A stretch of DNA of 64,000 bases from Octopus bimaculoides (GCF_001194135.2 NC_068981.1:3977334-4041333); one strand, 5' to 3'; positions 11,480 to 25,836 are shown, counted from the first letter of the stretch. The notes: generated by a model not told the origin, from the sequence alone. Made by a program: numbers and translations.

Positions 11480-11705
11480 TTTAACCCTTTCGATATCAAC
11501 CTGGCTGAATGAAACTAGCTCTGGTTCTGAGTACAAATATCTTGTTTTCGTAAGTTCTAAATTAAAATCTTCCACCAAACTTTGGTCACAATTTATGTTC
11601 CTAACACTAGCTTAATGATAACTAAGTTATTTTACTAAATTCTTTGTTATATTTAAAATTGATTGAAAGAAACACAGAGCATCTCAACAGAAATATGGAA
11701 ACTGA
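11480..11705. mobile_element. TTAA-CCC-start non-autonomous element (piggyBac-like MITE)
   Basis: Begins ttaaccctttcg. Related segments in the opposite orientation at ~22950-23160, ~14340-14500 and ~54800-54870. Confidence 0.5.
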
Positions 11706-13162
11706 AAGAAGCCCATTGTATATGTGTGTGTATATATATATATATATATNNNNNNNNNNNNNNNNNNNNNNNNNNNNNNNNNNNNNNNNNNNNNNNNNNN
11801 NNNNNNNNNNNNNNNNNNNNNNNNNNNNNNNNNNNNNNNNNNNNNNNNNNNNNNNNNNNNNNNNNNNNNNNNNNNNNNNNNNNNNNNNTGTATGTGTGTG
11901 TACATATGTGAGGGTGTTTGTGTCCCCTTGTCTAAACATTGTGTGAGTGTTGTAAATGAGTGTCATTCCTTTCCAATATTCTACAAAAACATGTCTGGCC
12001 TTGTGTAAATATTACCTTGATTGGAAACAGGTGTAGGTAGGCAACAGGAAGAGCATCCATCTATAGATAAACGCTGTCTGACCCATGTAAGCATGGAAAA
12101 GTTGACATTGAAATTATAATGATGAAAGGGTTTTTGTCTTGCAAGGTACTTGGTAACCCTGTCAGTGCTGGTGCCACATAAAAAGCACCAGAGCAGATGC
12201 CATGTAAAATGCACTGATAATGGTTCCACATTTAAAGCCACTGGTGATGGTTACCCGCAAAAAGCACCTGATACACTGTAAAGTGGTTGGTGTTAGGAAG
12301 GGCATCCAGCTGTAGCAACCATACCAAACCAGACTGGAGCCTGGTGCAGCTCCCCAGCTGGCCAGCTCCGGTCAAACCGTCCAACCCATACCAGCATGGA
12401 CAATGGATGTTAAAGGATGATGATGATGATGATGAATATGTGAAATGTTAATTAACTTTAAAAATTCTAAGACAGATCTTGCTATTTTCCATTTAATATG
12501 TCCCTTGCAAGGTTCCATACTTTTTTGTTGCGGTGAACACAGTCTGTTAACATTCACTTCTGTGATCAGAGTGAACTCAGTATGTTAACATTCCTGGTTA
12601 ACAAGAACACTGTCTGCTAACATTGACTTTAACTATGCCTTATAAATATATCATAAGATCAGCAGAAAGTTTCTCCAGAACTTTCTTTTTTGTATTTCAA
12701 ATAATTTACTCTCGTGGAAGACCAAAAGCAACATTAAATGGTTCCATGAGGTGGCAAGTTGGCTGAATTGTGTACAGTGAGCAAAATGCTTAGTGGCATT
12801 TTGCTCATCTTTACATTCTGAGTTCAAATTCTGCTGGAGTTGGCTTTGTCTTTCATCCTTTTGTGGTCAAGAAAATAAGTGCCCATTGAGCCCTGGGGTT
12901 GAAGTAATTGTCTTGATCCTTTCCCCAAAACTGCTGGCCTTGTGATGCCAAAAATCTGAAACCAATGATAAAAGATTCCATAACTTATACCGACTTTATT
13001 GCAGTGTTGCTAGTTCTATCTTTAGCCAATATTCATTAGTCTCATCACAAATAAACTACTTTATCTCTTGTATTAGTGTTTCTATTAATCCTTCATTTAG
13101 AATGTATCGTTTATAAAACAGATTTCGCTTTACTTCTAAATGTGTTATCTTTTATTTTCCAG

Positions 13163-13911
13163 TGTTGGTTTTTTCATACATTTCCAGTCACAGAGAAAAC
13201 TTTGAACCACATTCCTTCCAAGTAATTTCAAAAGCAGGAAAGCTTCCTCTTATTTATATTGCTTGGGGAGTTTATTCCATTGTACTTTTTCTAAAAGTTT
13301 TATTTTGCTTCGAGAACTTTGCTGCCAAACTAAGCATACAGGATTATTGGGGTCCAAATACCCTAAAATTAACGCTTGCACTTTCTGCTCCGCTCTTTCT
13401 AATTTATTTGCTGTGTCAGATCAGCACCACTCCAAACAATGAGAATAGGAGATATATTGACAGATTAACATCAGGTGTTACCTTTGACATTTTTGACACA
13501 GTTGACATTTTGGACATCCTCTTTGTTAAACAGTCCAAAGTACTTCTGACATTTGCAATGACTAAAACCATCTTAGGTTTCTCTTTGATTAATATATTTA
13601 TGCCTTTAATTCCTCTATTTCTTGTTAGTCACTCGCATTATGGTAAAATCAAATTAAGAGACTCTTTCATGAACCTTTACCGCATTTTAATGATAGTGAT
13701 TATCAATGTTCCATATTTGGTTATTCGTTTACGCTTGATCCATTTCTATGGGCACAATATGTCTATATTCCTGATTAAGAATTTCCTTTCAATCTTTGTT
13801 ACATTTTATGATATTTATGAGAAAAAACAACTGGAAAGGTTGGAAAAAGCATCTGCCAAAGCTGCTTCCGAAACTGCTGCTGAGGGTACTGCTCTTGAAG
13901 AACGGGCTTAA
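13163..13911 (+). CDS. TMEM121: CECR6/TMEM121-family protein, coding exon 2 (to stop)
   Basis: Acceptor ttttattttccAG at 13161-13162; G+TG=Val joins in frame with exon 1, total 304 aa. Motifs WGVYSIVLFLKVLFCFENF, GPNTLKL, TFDIFDTVDIL, LYRIL..INVPYLVIR and SIFLIKN align by eye with TMEM121 WFLYIFVLEIKLYFIFQNY, ALDLLDLLD, LYPVL..VNV..LAR and IFVGKN. Confidence 0.9.
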
Positions 13912-16361
13912 ATGAATGCCTGCATATATATAAGGCCAAAGTCTGTTACAGGATTTGCGTTTGTCTCAGAAAGAAGCATTTCCTGTACAGAAACACTTGC
14001 TCCACTAAAATATAGGGAAAAATCAAAGACAAACAAAACAAAAAATACCATGGAAAAGTTACTGCAAAATACAACAAAAACAAAGAAACTATGACTGGTT
14101 TCTCTGTGATAACAATTTTGCTAATGTTGACACAAAATGGTGGATCCTTCTTTGGAACCTGATTTCATAAATTGAGTTATTGTATTCGTTCCGAGATATT
14201 TCATGTTCTATTTCATGGTTAGGAACTGTGACTTTTGAGACATTTAAGAGTAACCTTTTACAGGAAGTGTTAAATCTGTGTTTGCATGCATGAAACAAGT
14301 GTATTTTTGTTGATTATATTTTTATATTTATTCTGATATTCTTTAAAACTCATTACCTCTTTTGATACCAACCAGTCTGTGACTGTCCTTCCTTCTTTGA
14401 TTCCGACTTCCTGTTTAAAGTGATGTAAATTAAAACTTTCCATCAAAATTCCATGTTAATTTATTTTCCCAATTAATTACGACAAAGATATTTTAATCAA
14501 TTCTTCATTGCCGTAGTGGATGACATAAAAGACACTGCCATAATAGATTAACCCCTATTTCAGCAACACATATTTAGGGGGAAAATATTTCTATGCATTA
14601 AAGCTTCTGGGTGGCCTAACTTCACATATAGGACCCTGGGTGATTTTTTTAAAAACAATTTGGTGGCGGGGAAAACAGGCATCTTATATACCATCAGATA
14701 TGATATTTTAAAAATTAGTTGGAAGAAGGGAAGCATATTTCAATGAATGAGGTAACTAATGGTTTAAAGATCAATTTACATTTTTGTATATTTTTATTTT
14801 AATATTTATAATTATACTTTCACAATAAGGTGTTAATTAGCAGAGTAATTAGAATGTTGGATAGAATGCCTTGCAGTATTTGTTCCAATTTGCTATACTT
14901 TGAGTTCAGATCCTGCCAAGGTCATTTATGGATTAAAAAGTACCATTCTTGAGCAATGGATTAACAGATTTGTTAAAGGGTTAGAAAAGATACCTGGAAA
15001 TATCTGTTGCAACTCTTTGTGTTCTGACAGTAACAACTGTGATGACATTGATGCCAGTCTGTATAAGCCCAAGTTGGGATATGAAGAGGGGACACTTGCA
15101 TACACATCTGCAAATCTTACCTCTGGCTGTGCAAACATCTGCATACTTGACTGGCTGAAACCCTTCAGAATTTTCACAATAAATATATTTTTCTCAGAAT
15201 TTAATAAAATTCTCTTCAACAAAGTCTTCTCTTCTAAACTGGGAACTGTCATGTGGCCCCTTCTACAGCAAGAAACCTGTTCTACTCTGACCCCCATTTC
15301 TCATACTTTAACCCCTATTCTCCTCGCATGAAGCTGCCTCTCTCAAGGTTCATAGTCTTTCAGGCTACATGATGACCTCACTCGTGCTAGTGACATGAGA
15401 AAAAGCACCCACCTGTAAAACATGCAGCCTTAGAAACCATCCCCAAATAGGCAGTGAAGCTTGATGTAGTCCTTGGACCCATCAGATCCTGTCAAACTTA
15501 TGCTAGTATGGAAGACAGACATTAAACGATATTTAATTCTATGAAGTCTTCAAATATAAGCCCTTGGCTATTCTTTTTAAATAATTTAACTATTAGCTGT
15601 AACGATGGGAATTCCATAGTTTACGTGAAATTGTAAAATAGAATTGTATTTTTTTCTGAAGCATTTGATTTTTAAATGTTAGACTATTAAAACCTCTAAC
15701 AACAAACTTTTAGTTTTATTTTCTGTCACAATAGTCTTTTCTAGAATGTTTTAAATCATGTCAGTGTACAGACATGTTATTTGAAATAAGCTGATGTATC
15801 ATGATGTATGTTGACAGTTGCATCGTTTTCCACTCGTGCTCCCTTCAGTAAACACACACATAGCAATCCCTTTCTCCTAGCTCTCACCACTAACATTCTT
15901 TTCTCTCTTTCCATCTCTCCCTTCAACTGACTACATGACAGTGTCACACATTTGGCCTTAGCGTATTCATAGATTCTAGGTTGTCTCTCCTTCCTTTTCT
16001 AGACCATAAGTCATTTCAATAATGCCTTGATCTTACCACTAAGGTTAATCCAAATATTTTGACTCACTATATCTAACTTATGGTTCCCACTTTACTTCAT
16101 AATGCAGCAACTCACTGCCATTGTGTCCTTTTAACCAAACTTTCTGTCTCAATATTTTTGTTTTTTATATTATTTGCTTGAAAATTGTTTTCCAGTTTCT
16201 ACAACCATTAAACCAATCCAAAAGCTATTTCATTTTGAGATATTTTTGTAAACATCATTGCTTGACTCAAAATGTTGCTGTGACTTTTGAGATGCTAAAT
16301 TTCTTCAGTATTTTGTGTATTTTTATAATAAAAACAATATTACTAAAAATGTTTGTGGGGG

Positions 16362-16392
<31 letters not shown>

Positions 16393-17020
16393 GCCATGTC
16401 TTAAAAATGTTGCTTTCTTATATTTTCTGAAAATATAAAATATTTCTGAATGAAATATATTTGGTTTATTTTTATTTCTTTTTTTATCATTTTAGTCATT
16501 AGACTGTGGCCATGCTGGGGCACCATCTTGAGGAACTTTGGTCAAATTTTTAAGCCTGGCACTTATTCTATCAGTCTCTCTTGCCAAACTGCTAAGTTAC
16601 AGGGACGTAAACACACCAACACCAGGTGTCAAGCAGTGGCAGGGATAAACACATATATAAAGACATACACACATGCATAAATACACAATGGGCTTCTTTC
16701 AGTTTCCGTCTGCCAAATCCACTCATGAGGTTTTGGTTGGCCCAAGGCTATAATAGAAGAATCTTGCCCAAGGTTCCACACAGTGGAATTGAACCTGGAA
16801 CCATGTGGTTGGAAGCAACCTTCTTACCACACAGTCACTCCTGTACCCACATCCACAACGATATTTGAGTTTTTGTGTTGTTTTTTTTTTTAATTTTTTT
16901 TTTCTGCAGTTCAATGGAAGAATAAATGTATGTGTGTGTGTAAGAGAAAAATACACAATTCTTTGCATGTAAGTACAATGTACAATTTTGTGTATGGAAA
17001 TCCAATATTTGGACAGAATT

Positions 17021-17533
17021 ATCATCATTATCATTTAACGTCCACTTTCCATGCTGGCATGGGTTGGATGGTCTGAGGACTGGCAAGCCAGAAGGCTGCA
17101 CTAGGCTCCAATCTGATTTGGCAAGGTTTCTACAGCTGGATGCCCTTCCTAACGCCAACCGCTTTACAGAGTGTAGTTAGTGCTTTTTACATGCCACTGG
17201 CACAGGAGCCATTCAGGCAGCACTAGCATCGACCACGCTCAGATGGTGCTTTTTATATATATATGAAAGAAGTACATCATATATATANNNNNNNNNNCAT
17301 GTAAAAAGCACCAACTGAATGTGGTCATTGCCAGCCTCCTCTCGCCCCTGTGCCAGTGGCAAGTAAAAAGCACCCAGTACACTCTCGGAGTGGTTGGTGT
17401 TAGGAAGGGCATCCAGCTGTAGAAACACTGCCAGATCAGACTGGAGCCTGGTGCAGCCTCCTGGCTTCCAAGACCTCAGTCTAACCGTCCAACCCATGCC
17501 AGCATGGAAAAACGGACATTAAATGATGATGAT
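17021..17533. repeat. Head-to-head inverted pair of family G copies (10-N gap at centre)
   Basis: Arms ~17021-17210 and ~17345-17533 are complementary. Confidence 0.7.
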
Positions 17534-19630
17534 ATATATATATATGTTGCGCTTCTTTCAGTTTCCATCTCCAAATATACTCACAAGGCTTTGGTCAACC
17601 AAGGGCTATTGTGGAACACACTTGCCCAAGGTGCCATGCAGTGGGATTGAACCCAGAAGCATGCAGTTGGGAAGCAAGCTTCTTATGTATTTGTAGTATA
17701 ATGTATGGATTCATAGAATCGGGGTTATCACAGAAAGCTCCTCCAACAGACATGGCTATCAGACCACAAAGTAACCATAGTGTAATGCAGCTGAAATCCT
17801 GGAGATCCAGTCATTGAAATTATTGCATGATGTATATATAAACCATAAAAAGTCAGCAGGGATGAGACATGAAGATATTATTTAACCACTTGACATATTT
17901 AGGATAAACAGCCGTTTTGCTGCCTACTTCATGTAATGATGATTTCAATGTATAATATATTATTTTACATCTCTGCACCAATGTGTGACATGTAATGCCA
18001 CACATTGTACAATACAATTGTGTATTTATTAACCGATGCAGATTAAGAAAGCTAGCTCATCAGGTCGCTGGAACATGATGTTTATACCAATTATCATATA
18101 TCATTTTTTTGTTCTTTTATTAGTTTCAATTATTGGACCAAGACCATGCTGGGGTTTCTGTCTGGAAGGATCTAGTAAAACAACACGCATAAATACATAT
18201 ATACATACAGATATAGATAGATAAATACATAATGGGCTTCCCCACAGTTTCCACCTATCAAATCCACATGGAAAGCATTGGTTGACTCAGGACTATGGAA
18301 GAAGACATTTGCCCATGGTGTGGCACAATCTGAAACCACGTGGTTGCAAAGCAAGCTTCTTCTTTACCCACATGGCCATACCTGCACTGACATTCATTTT
18401 TATTCATTTGGCAGACTGATATTCTAGATTTTAAAACCGATTCCTAAGATAACAGATAAAAGAGCAAAGTCTGTCTGCACAGACTTTGCTCTGCCTCCCC
18501 ATAGTTATTGAAAAGGGAATGCTTTTTCGGTCTATACAATAATATCAACTCTATGATAGGAGAAAAAGAAATTTCACCATCATTGTTTAACATCCATCTT
18601 CCATGCTATCATGGGTTGGACAGTTTGACAGAAGCTGGTAAGGCTCTAATTGTCTGTTTTGGCCTGGCTTTTATGGCTGGATGCCTTTCTTAATGCCAAC
18701 CACTTCACCGTGTATTGAGTGCTTCTTATGTGGGATCAGCACCTGTGAGCTCACAAGACAAGGGGTGGAAGCAAGAGATTACAGCATGATAGAGGGACAG
18801 AAGTAGCCCTTTTACTATTGAGAAGATACCTTGGCTACCTCAGTAGGACAAGGAAACAGAGGAAGATGGGAGAGAGTTGGAGTGAGAGAGAGAGAGGGCC
18901 TGGCCCCAGGGAACAATGTGGGGTTGTATGAGTAGTACAGGAGGGACAGAGTGGGGTGTTCCATAAGAGTGTGGGGGGGAGATGTTTAGAAATAGCAAGT
19001 GATGTTAGGATGGGTATGGTTGGTATGTGGAAAATGAGGGAGAGTGGAGAGTGGAGGGGCCTGCAGTGGGGTGTGGGAGAATCTGATAGATGACAGAATT
19101 GAAACTTAAAAAAGTATTCCTTTCTACTCTATGTACAAGGCCCAAAAATTTAGGGGAGGGAGCCAGTCGATTAGATCGACCCCAGTACGTAACTGGTACT
19201 TAATATATTGACCCTGAAAGGATGAAAGGCAAAGTCGACTTCAGCGGAATTTGAACTCAGAACGTAAAGACAGATGAAATACCACTAAGCATTTCACGTT
19301 TCTGCCAGCTCACCACCTTGAATTAATTTAAAAAAAATTTAATTATTATTGGATTCATCATAATCATCAACATCAACGTCACCATTTTAACATCCGCTTT
19401 TTCATGCTTGCATGGGTCGGACGGAATTCGTTGAAGGTGATTTTCTATAGCTAAACACTTGTCCTTGTCAACAACCTTCACATGTTGCCAAGCAAGGCGA
19501 TATTTCCTCCATGCCCAGACACATGTTTTCATGGAAGATTGCAAATGAAGGACAACTCCTTGTATGATGGCGATATCCATTTGCAACAACCATGCAGGGG
19601 CAAGACAAGGAGATAGCAACAGACACGTGT

Positions 19631-19682
<52 letters not shown>

Positions 19683-20384
19683 TCTTTTACTTGTTTCAGT
19701 CATTCGACTGCAGCCATGCAGTTGAACAAATCGACACCAGGACTTATTCTTTGTAAGCCTTGTACATAGTCTACTGGACTCTTTTGCCGAACTGCTAAGT
19801 TACAGGGATGTAAACACACCAATATCAGTTGTCAGGTGATGGCAGGGGCAGGGGTGGGGGAACAAACACACGCAAATATATACACATACATACACACATA
19901 CATATATATATACATGATGGGCTTGTTTCAGTTTCTGTCCACCAAATCCACTCATAAGGTTTTGGTCGGCCTGAGGCTATAGTAGAAGACACTTGCCCAA
20001 GGTGCCACGCAGTGGGACTGAACCCGCAACCATGTGGTTGGGAAGCAAGCTTCTTACCACACAGCCATATATGTATATATACATACATGTATGGTGTAAA
20101 GCACTTGTGGTGGTGCCATGTAAAAGCACCCAGTACACTCTGTAAAGTGGTTGGCATTAGGAAGGGCATCCAACTGTAGAAACCAGGCCAAATCAGAGTG
20201 GAGTATGGTGCAGTCCTCCAGCTCTGGTCAAACCGTCCAACCCATGACAGCATGGACAACAGACATTGAAGGATAATGAGGATGATACATATACATGCAT
20301 ATAGCCTCATCATTTAATGTCCATTTTCCATGCTAGAAATAGTATACATTTGTATATATATATATGTATATATTAGGAAGGTGT

Positions 20385-20745
20385 GGAGGTGCAATGGTCC
20401 AGTGGTCAGGGTAACAGACTCACAGTTTCAATTCCCAGACCGGGCATTGTGAGTGTTTATTGAGCAAAAAGACCTAAAGCTCCACGAGGCTCTGGCAGGG
20501 GATGGTGGCGAACCCTGCTGTACTCTTTCACCACAACTTTCTCTCACTCTTTCTTCCTGTTTCTGTTGTACCTGTATTTCAAAGGGGCCAGCCTTATCAC
20601 ACTCTGTGTCATGCTGAATCTCCCCGAGAACTACGTTAAGGGCACACGTGTCTGCAGAGTGCATATATGCTAATTCTACGAGCAGGCTGTTCCGTTGATC
20701 GGATCAACTGGAACCCTTGTTGTCGTAACTGACAGAGTGCCACTA
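20385..20745 (+). mobile_element. tRNA-derived SINE, family R (longer copy)
   Basis: Near-identical to the 7232 copy over the first ~200 nt. Its 3' part is the reverse complement of 7865-8082. Confidence 0.75.
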
Positions 20746-20821
20746 TTAGGAAGGCAATGAACACAAAAAGAATAAAACAACACAGAAAGATAGGTTTTTT
20801 AACAAACTTATATTAGTTTAA

Positions 20822-22567
20822 CCCGTTAGTGTTCAGATTAATCTGTCAAATGTAATGCTTATTTGTTCAAATTATTTTGAATTATTCAGATTCAAGAGTG
20901 GTGTCCACAATATTTGCTTGTAACTTTAATTTTTTACATACAGATTTGAAATTTTGTCAGTGGGTGCTTATATACCAGTGGTTTATAGTTATGTAATTTT
21001 AGCTGACCTTTCTGATTAAATTTACCTTTTATGGATAGGAAAATTTAATTAACAGGTGTAAAAGCAATAACATTATGGATTAACACTAAAATTGAAATTC
21101 TTAATGCATCTTACCTGTTTGATTTGTTACTAAAACTATCCCAGATGTCAACTACCAATAATTTTACCACTTTTCAAGATGAGGGAAATTAATTTGAATT
21201 AATTAAAATACAGGTATAATTAGTACAAGATTTTATTCTTTCTCTATATTTCATTCAAAATAAAGTACAAAACTCTTTTATTAGTCAATATACGATTGAC
21301 TATGCACTCTTATACAATTTAATGAATACATTTACATAACAAAATGCATCTAATAAAAAAGCTCATTAACAGGTGAGACAAAGGTGAATACAGGTGTGTA
21401 ATATACTGAAAATTAATATCTCTCACTTTCACATTATTTGTAATAAAATGAGAGGAATATATGATAGTATTACTATCAAACCACAAAATATAGTTATGTC
21501 ATATTTCTATCATGAAACTGTCCAAAGCACCCTTTACACAGAGGCACTTTGCAAAATGAAAACATATACGAGGTCTCGACCTGATATCCTTTCGCAGCAA
21601 ACTTTTTTCCTTCCATTTATTTTTTCCACTTTATGGCAGTCAATATTTTCTCTGTTGACACCCACCTCAGTTAATTTTGCTTTTCTCCCAGTTCTGTGCT
21701 TTCTGGAAGAAAAGCCCTCACATAATCGAAATGCGATGTCAACCTGAAATTTCGAATGGTCTTAATTCTTCAGTGGCAGAGTTACCTTGTGGCTTTTAGC
21801 ATAAACAATATCTGAATTAACTATAGTTAGACATAATGCTGGAGACATATGGATCAGCATACCTCATATCAGGACTCCAGTAGTTCCACAGTTGTGGAAG
21901 CTGCTTGATACCAAACATAAAGCTCACATTTCCGCAGCATCAGTCGGCTGCTTTAGTGGATTGAGTCTTCCACAAATAGAAATCATGCGTTGAACATATG
22001 TATTTGTTTTGTCTGCGACAGTTTCAAAAAAACCTTTTTGGTAAAAATGAAAATAAATAATCCAATGGTTGAGCATCGGGAGGTAGACTGTGTTGTGAAC
22101 CAGTCTTTTCTATGAAATCAGGAATTGTGGTTGATGTAGTAACCTTCGACCATGTTGCCGTGATGTTTTCATTATCATTTTCGTTACTTTCATTATCAAA
22201 ATCTTTGTCTGGTGAAGATTCATAAATATCAATCTCGGATTTGTCCGAAGACAAATCACTGTTCTTTTTTTGTTTATATTTTGTACATCATCAAGAGTAA
22301 AACCATCAGAGTCGGAATCGATGCTTGCCAACGCCATATTGTTAAAAGCTAAGAATGTACACTTCTCTTGAAATGTTGGAAAAAACCAAGAAGGCTCAAA
22401 AATTTCACGGTATTTTTACTTGAATAAAGGCAGGAAAGGTTTTACCTAAAAGCTACAAGAATTCAATAATGGGATTTATTTGTTAAGCAATTTCTTAAAG
22501 GAATCAAATATGGCCGGTTCAAACAAATAAAGGGGAATTATTTTCGGCTGGTCTGAACACTAAAGGG
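20822..22567 (-). mobile_element. Internally deleted piggyBac element
   Basis: TTAA-CCCGTTAGTGTTCAGA at 20818-20837 and TCTGAACACTAAAGGG at 22552-22567 form a 16-bp TIR with 1 mismatch. Acidic N-terminus ...PLDYLFSFLPKRFFETVADKTNTY and C-terminal Cys-rich ETSYMFSFCKVPLCKGCFGQFH* (stop 21494) are present; the catalytic core is absent. Confidence 0.8.
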
Positions 22568-25303
22568 TAATCCTTAAAAAGAAGGAAGAGAATTTTGATG
22601 TTTCAGATGGCTGTCCTTTATCAGAAGAATGAATGAGAAAATGTGGTTGTGAGAGAAGAAAAAACAAAGGTTCAGTGGCCAGATCTATAGGCTTCTCTCA
22701 AGTTTCCATCAACTAAAAAGCTACTCACATGCAAGCATGGAAAAGAATGATAAAATGATAATCATATATTTCGATGCTAATTCAACTATACATAATAGCT
22801 TATAATGCTTTGGATTAACACTTTTAATGGTAAAAAAAAAAAAAGAAAAAAAAAACCCAACAGAAAGCTGCTAACAAGAATTTGAACCATTTATCATTTG
22901 TAACTCAGACGAAAATGCTACCAATTACTCATCTTCCATCCAAATTATCTCCCCTTAACTCTTTTTTTTACCATGTCTGTTGAAATACACGGCCTTTGTT
23001 TCAATTAACTTTGAAAATAAACCGTTTCGTAAAACAACCAATTATTAAGCTGGTGTCTGAAACATTATAGCGAAAGGTTTTAATTTAGAATATATTTAAG
23101 GTAAGAAATTTTTATCACAGGACCAAGGGCAGTGTCAGATGGGCTGGTACCAACAAAAAAGTCTGAATGGATGATATTCAGAAAAAATTACTTTCTATAA
23201 TTTGTAGCACATCTGATGGAGTTACAGAAGTCCTTTAGGAAGCTTTTTGCCCTTCTATCCAAAGGATTTTTTCATCCAATGTGATATAACTCATTATTCA
23301 TAGCTGAACTTTAATCGAGATACATCATTAATAAAGACTTATTTAAATATTTCTCAATGTTTCTACATTTGTGTGATAAATATAAAGAGATGTTCTCATT
23401 AGTAAGATGAAGATTAACTCATTTAATCTGAGGGAACAGAAGATGCGGAGTTTAAACTCCATGGGCAGCTCTCGGCTGTTTTGCTATCCAAACATAATTC
23501 TTTTTTACTCTAATCGCAAGGACTGAAAATTTTGGAGAGGGGAGGGGGAGCAATCGATTTCATCGACCTCAGTACGCAACTGGTACTTAATTTATCGACC
23601 CCTGAAAGGATGAAAGGCAAAGTCGACCTTAGCGGAATTTGAACTCAGAACATGGACATGAAATATCACTAAGCATTTTGCTCGATGTGTTAATGTTTCT
23701 GCCAGTTGGCCACCTTACTTAAACTCATGTATTGTAAAGTATCATTTACAGGTGAATTTTCTTTGAGATACATTGAAGACGAAGACTTGCATCTAAGAAA
23801 CAAAATCATAACTTATGTCTTATGAACTTTACAGCAAGGCGAGTAAAAGGATTCAGAATCTAGGGTTTCTTAGACCCTAGTGAAAAGGGGGAATGATTAA
23901 GAATGCCTTATTTTTGTATAGGAAAACATTTGTTCATAACTAGTGAAAAGGGGTATTTTTAAAAATACCTGTTAATTATAACCAGCGAAAAAGGGTACAA
24001 TTGAGGGCGCCTTATTTCTGCACTGGAAAGCACTTCGTTCAGCATCCATTGTCCATGCTGGCATAGGTTGGATGGTTTGACCTGGACTGGTAAGACAAGG
24101 GGCTGCACCAGACTCCAGTCTAATTTGGCAAGGTTTCTATGGCTGGATGCTTTTATCCTAAAAAGTAAGTATTTAACATTGTCTCTCAGTCTCTGTCTGT
24201 CTGCTTTTCTCCTGGGTTTGCCAAGTTATCTCCTCTATAGTAAGACACCTATTTCTCTCCCTTTATTATACTTTAACCTCTCAAGTGGCACAAAAACCAT
24301 CTCCCTCTCTCAGCTGCAGGGTCTTTGTCAGCTCCACTGGTGCCGGTGCCACATAAAAAGCACCCAGTACACTGTCAATTGGTTAGTGTTAGGAAGAGTA
24401 TCAAGCCATAGAAACCATGCCAAAACATACAATTGGGGCCTGGTGCAGCTCTCCAGCCATGCCAGCTCCTGTCAAACCATCCAAAATGAAAGATGGATGA
24501 TGAGGGTGATGAAATAAATGAACTCAGAATATAACTGGTAGTCTTAGTAACTGCTTGCTAATAATAGCAAGCAAATTTCACGATTGGTTCATAGTAGGAA
24601 GGCTCTCCACTTGAAAAATAAAGAAACAGGCAAAAACCTATAGTATAGGAGAGAGGTGGGGGAGGAAGAGAGAGAGGGAGGGAGGGAGAAGTGGGGACAA
24701 TGACAACCTATTCTTGGTAGAAAATGGTTAAGTAAACGCTTTTAATAAAAAAACAAAACAATTANNNNNNNNNNNNNNNNNNNNNNNNNNNNNNNNNNNN
24801 NNNNNNNNNNNNNNNNNNNNNNNNNNNNNNNNNNNNNNNNNNNNNNNNNNNNNNNNNNNNNNNNNNNNNNNNNNNNNNNNNNNNNNNNNNNNNNNNNNNN
24901 NNNNNNNNNNNNNNNNNNNNNNNNNNNNNNNNNNNNNNNNNNNNNNNNNNNNNNNNNNNNNNNNNNNNNNNNNNNNNNNNNNNNNNNNNNNNNNNNNNNN
25001 NNNNNNNNNNNNNNNNNNNNNNNNNNNNNNNNNNNNNNNNNNNNNNNNNNNNNNNNNNNNNNNNNNNNNNNNNNNNNNNNNNNNNNNNNNNNNNNNNNNN
25101 NNNNNNNNNNNNNNNNNNNNNNNNNNNNNNNNNNNNNNNNNNNNNNNNNNNNNNNNNNNNNNNNNNNNNNNNNNNNNNNNNNNNNNNNNNNNNNNNNNNN
25201 NNNNNNNNNNNNNNNNNNNNNNNNNNNNNNNNNNNNNNNNNNNNNNNNNNNNNNNNNNNNNNNNNNNNNNNNNNNNNNNNNNNNNNNNNNNNNNNNNNNN
25301 NNN

Positions 25304-25350
<47 letters not shown>

Positions 25351-25672
25351 TACATATATATACATATATATGTACATATATATACACACACATACATACA
25401 CATATGTATGTATACATATGTATATATGATGGCATACTAAAAGTGATTCACATTTATTGTCTAAATGTGAATTTTAAAAAAAATCAAAAACAGAAAAAAA
25501 AAACAGGGTTAAGACAAACTTGAAAAGGAAATTAAAGAAAAGAAAGAAGGAAAGGAAAGAAGTTATTGAATAAAATATCGAAAGATAAATAATCTTTAAT
25601 CATTTATTATGGAAGAGAAACCAGAAGTTAGCATTAGTATCTAAGCATGAAATGGGCAATAAAACACACACA

Positions 25673-25695
25673 GAGAGATAGATAGATAGATAGAT

Positions 25696-25762
<67 letters not shown>

Positions 25763-25797
25763 NNNNNNNNNNAGAAAGAGAGAGAGAGAAAGAGAGC
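25673..25797. repeat. (GATA)n/(GA)n microsatellite with a 10-N gap
   Basis: Direct reading. Confidence 0.95.
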
Positions 25798-25830
25798 AGT
25801 AGACCAACAGACACAGAGAAGTGCTCTACA

Positions 25831-25836
25831 TTTATT
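25831..25836 (-). promoter_or_regulatory. Candidate GDI poly(A) signal AATAAA (another at 25603-25608)
   Basis: tttatt on + strand about 1.3 kb past the GDI stop. The hexamer is common in AT-rich DNA, so this is weak. Confidence 0.25.

Noticed and set aside
14900-15331. Overlapping 143-aa (+) and 123-aa (-) ORFs
   Set aside because: No recognisable domain or splice context; the + ORF starts inside a SINE fragment.
24728-25435. Long ORFs of more than 200 aa spanning N runs
   Set aside because: Open only because Ns contain no stops; likewise at 8041, 11622, 47154, 50919 and 58085.
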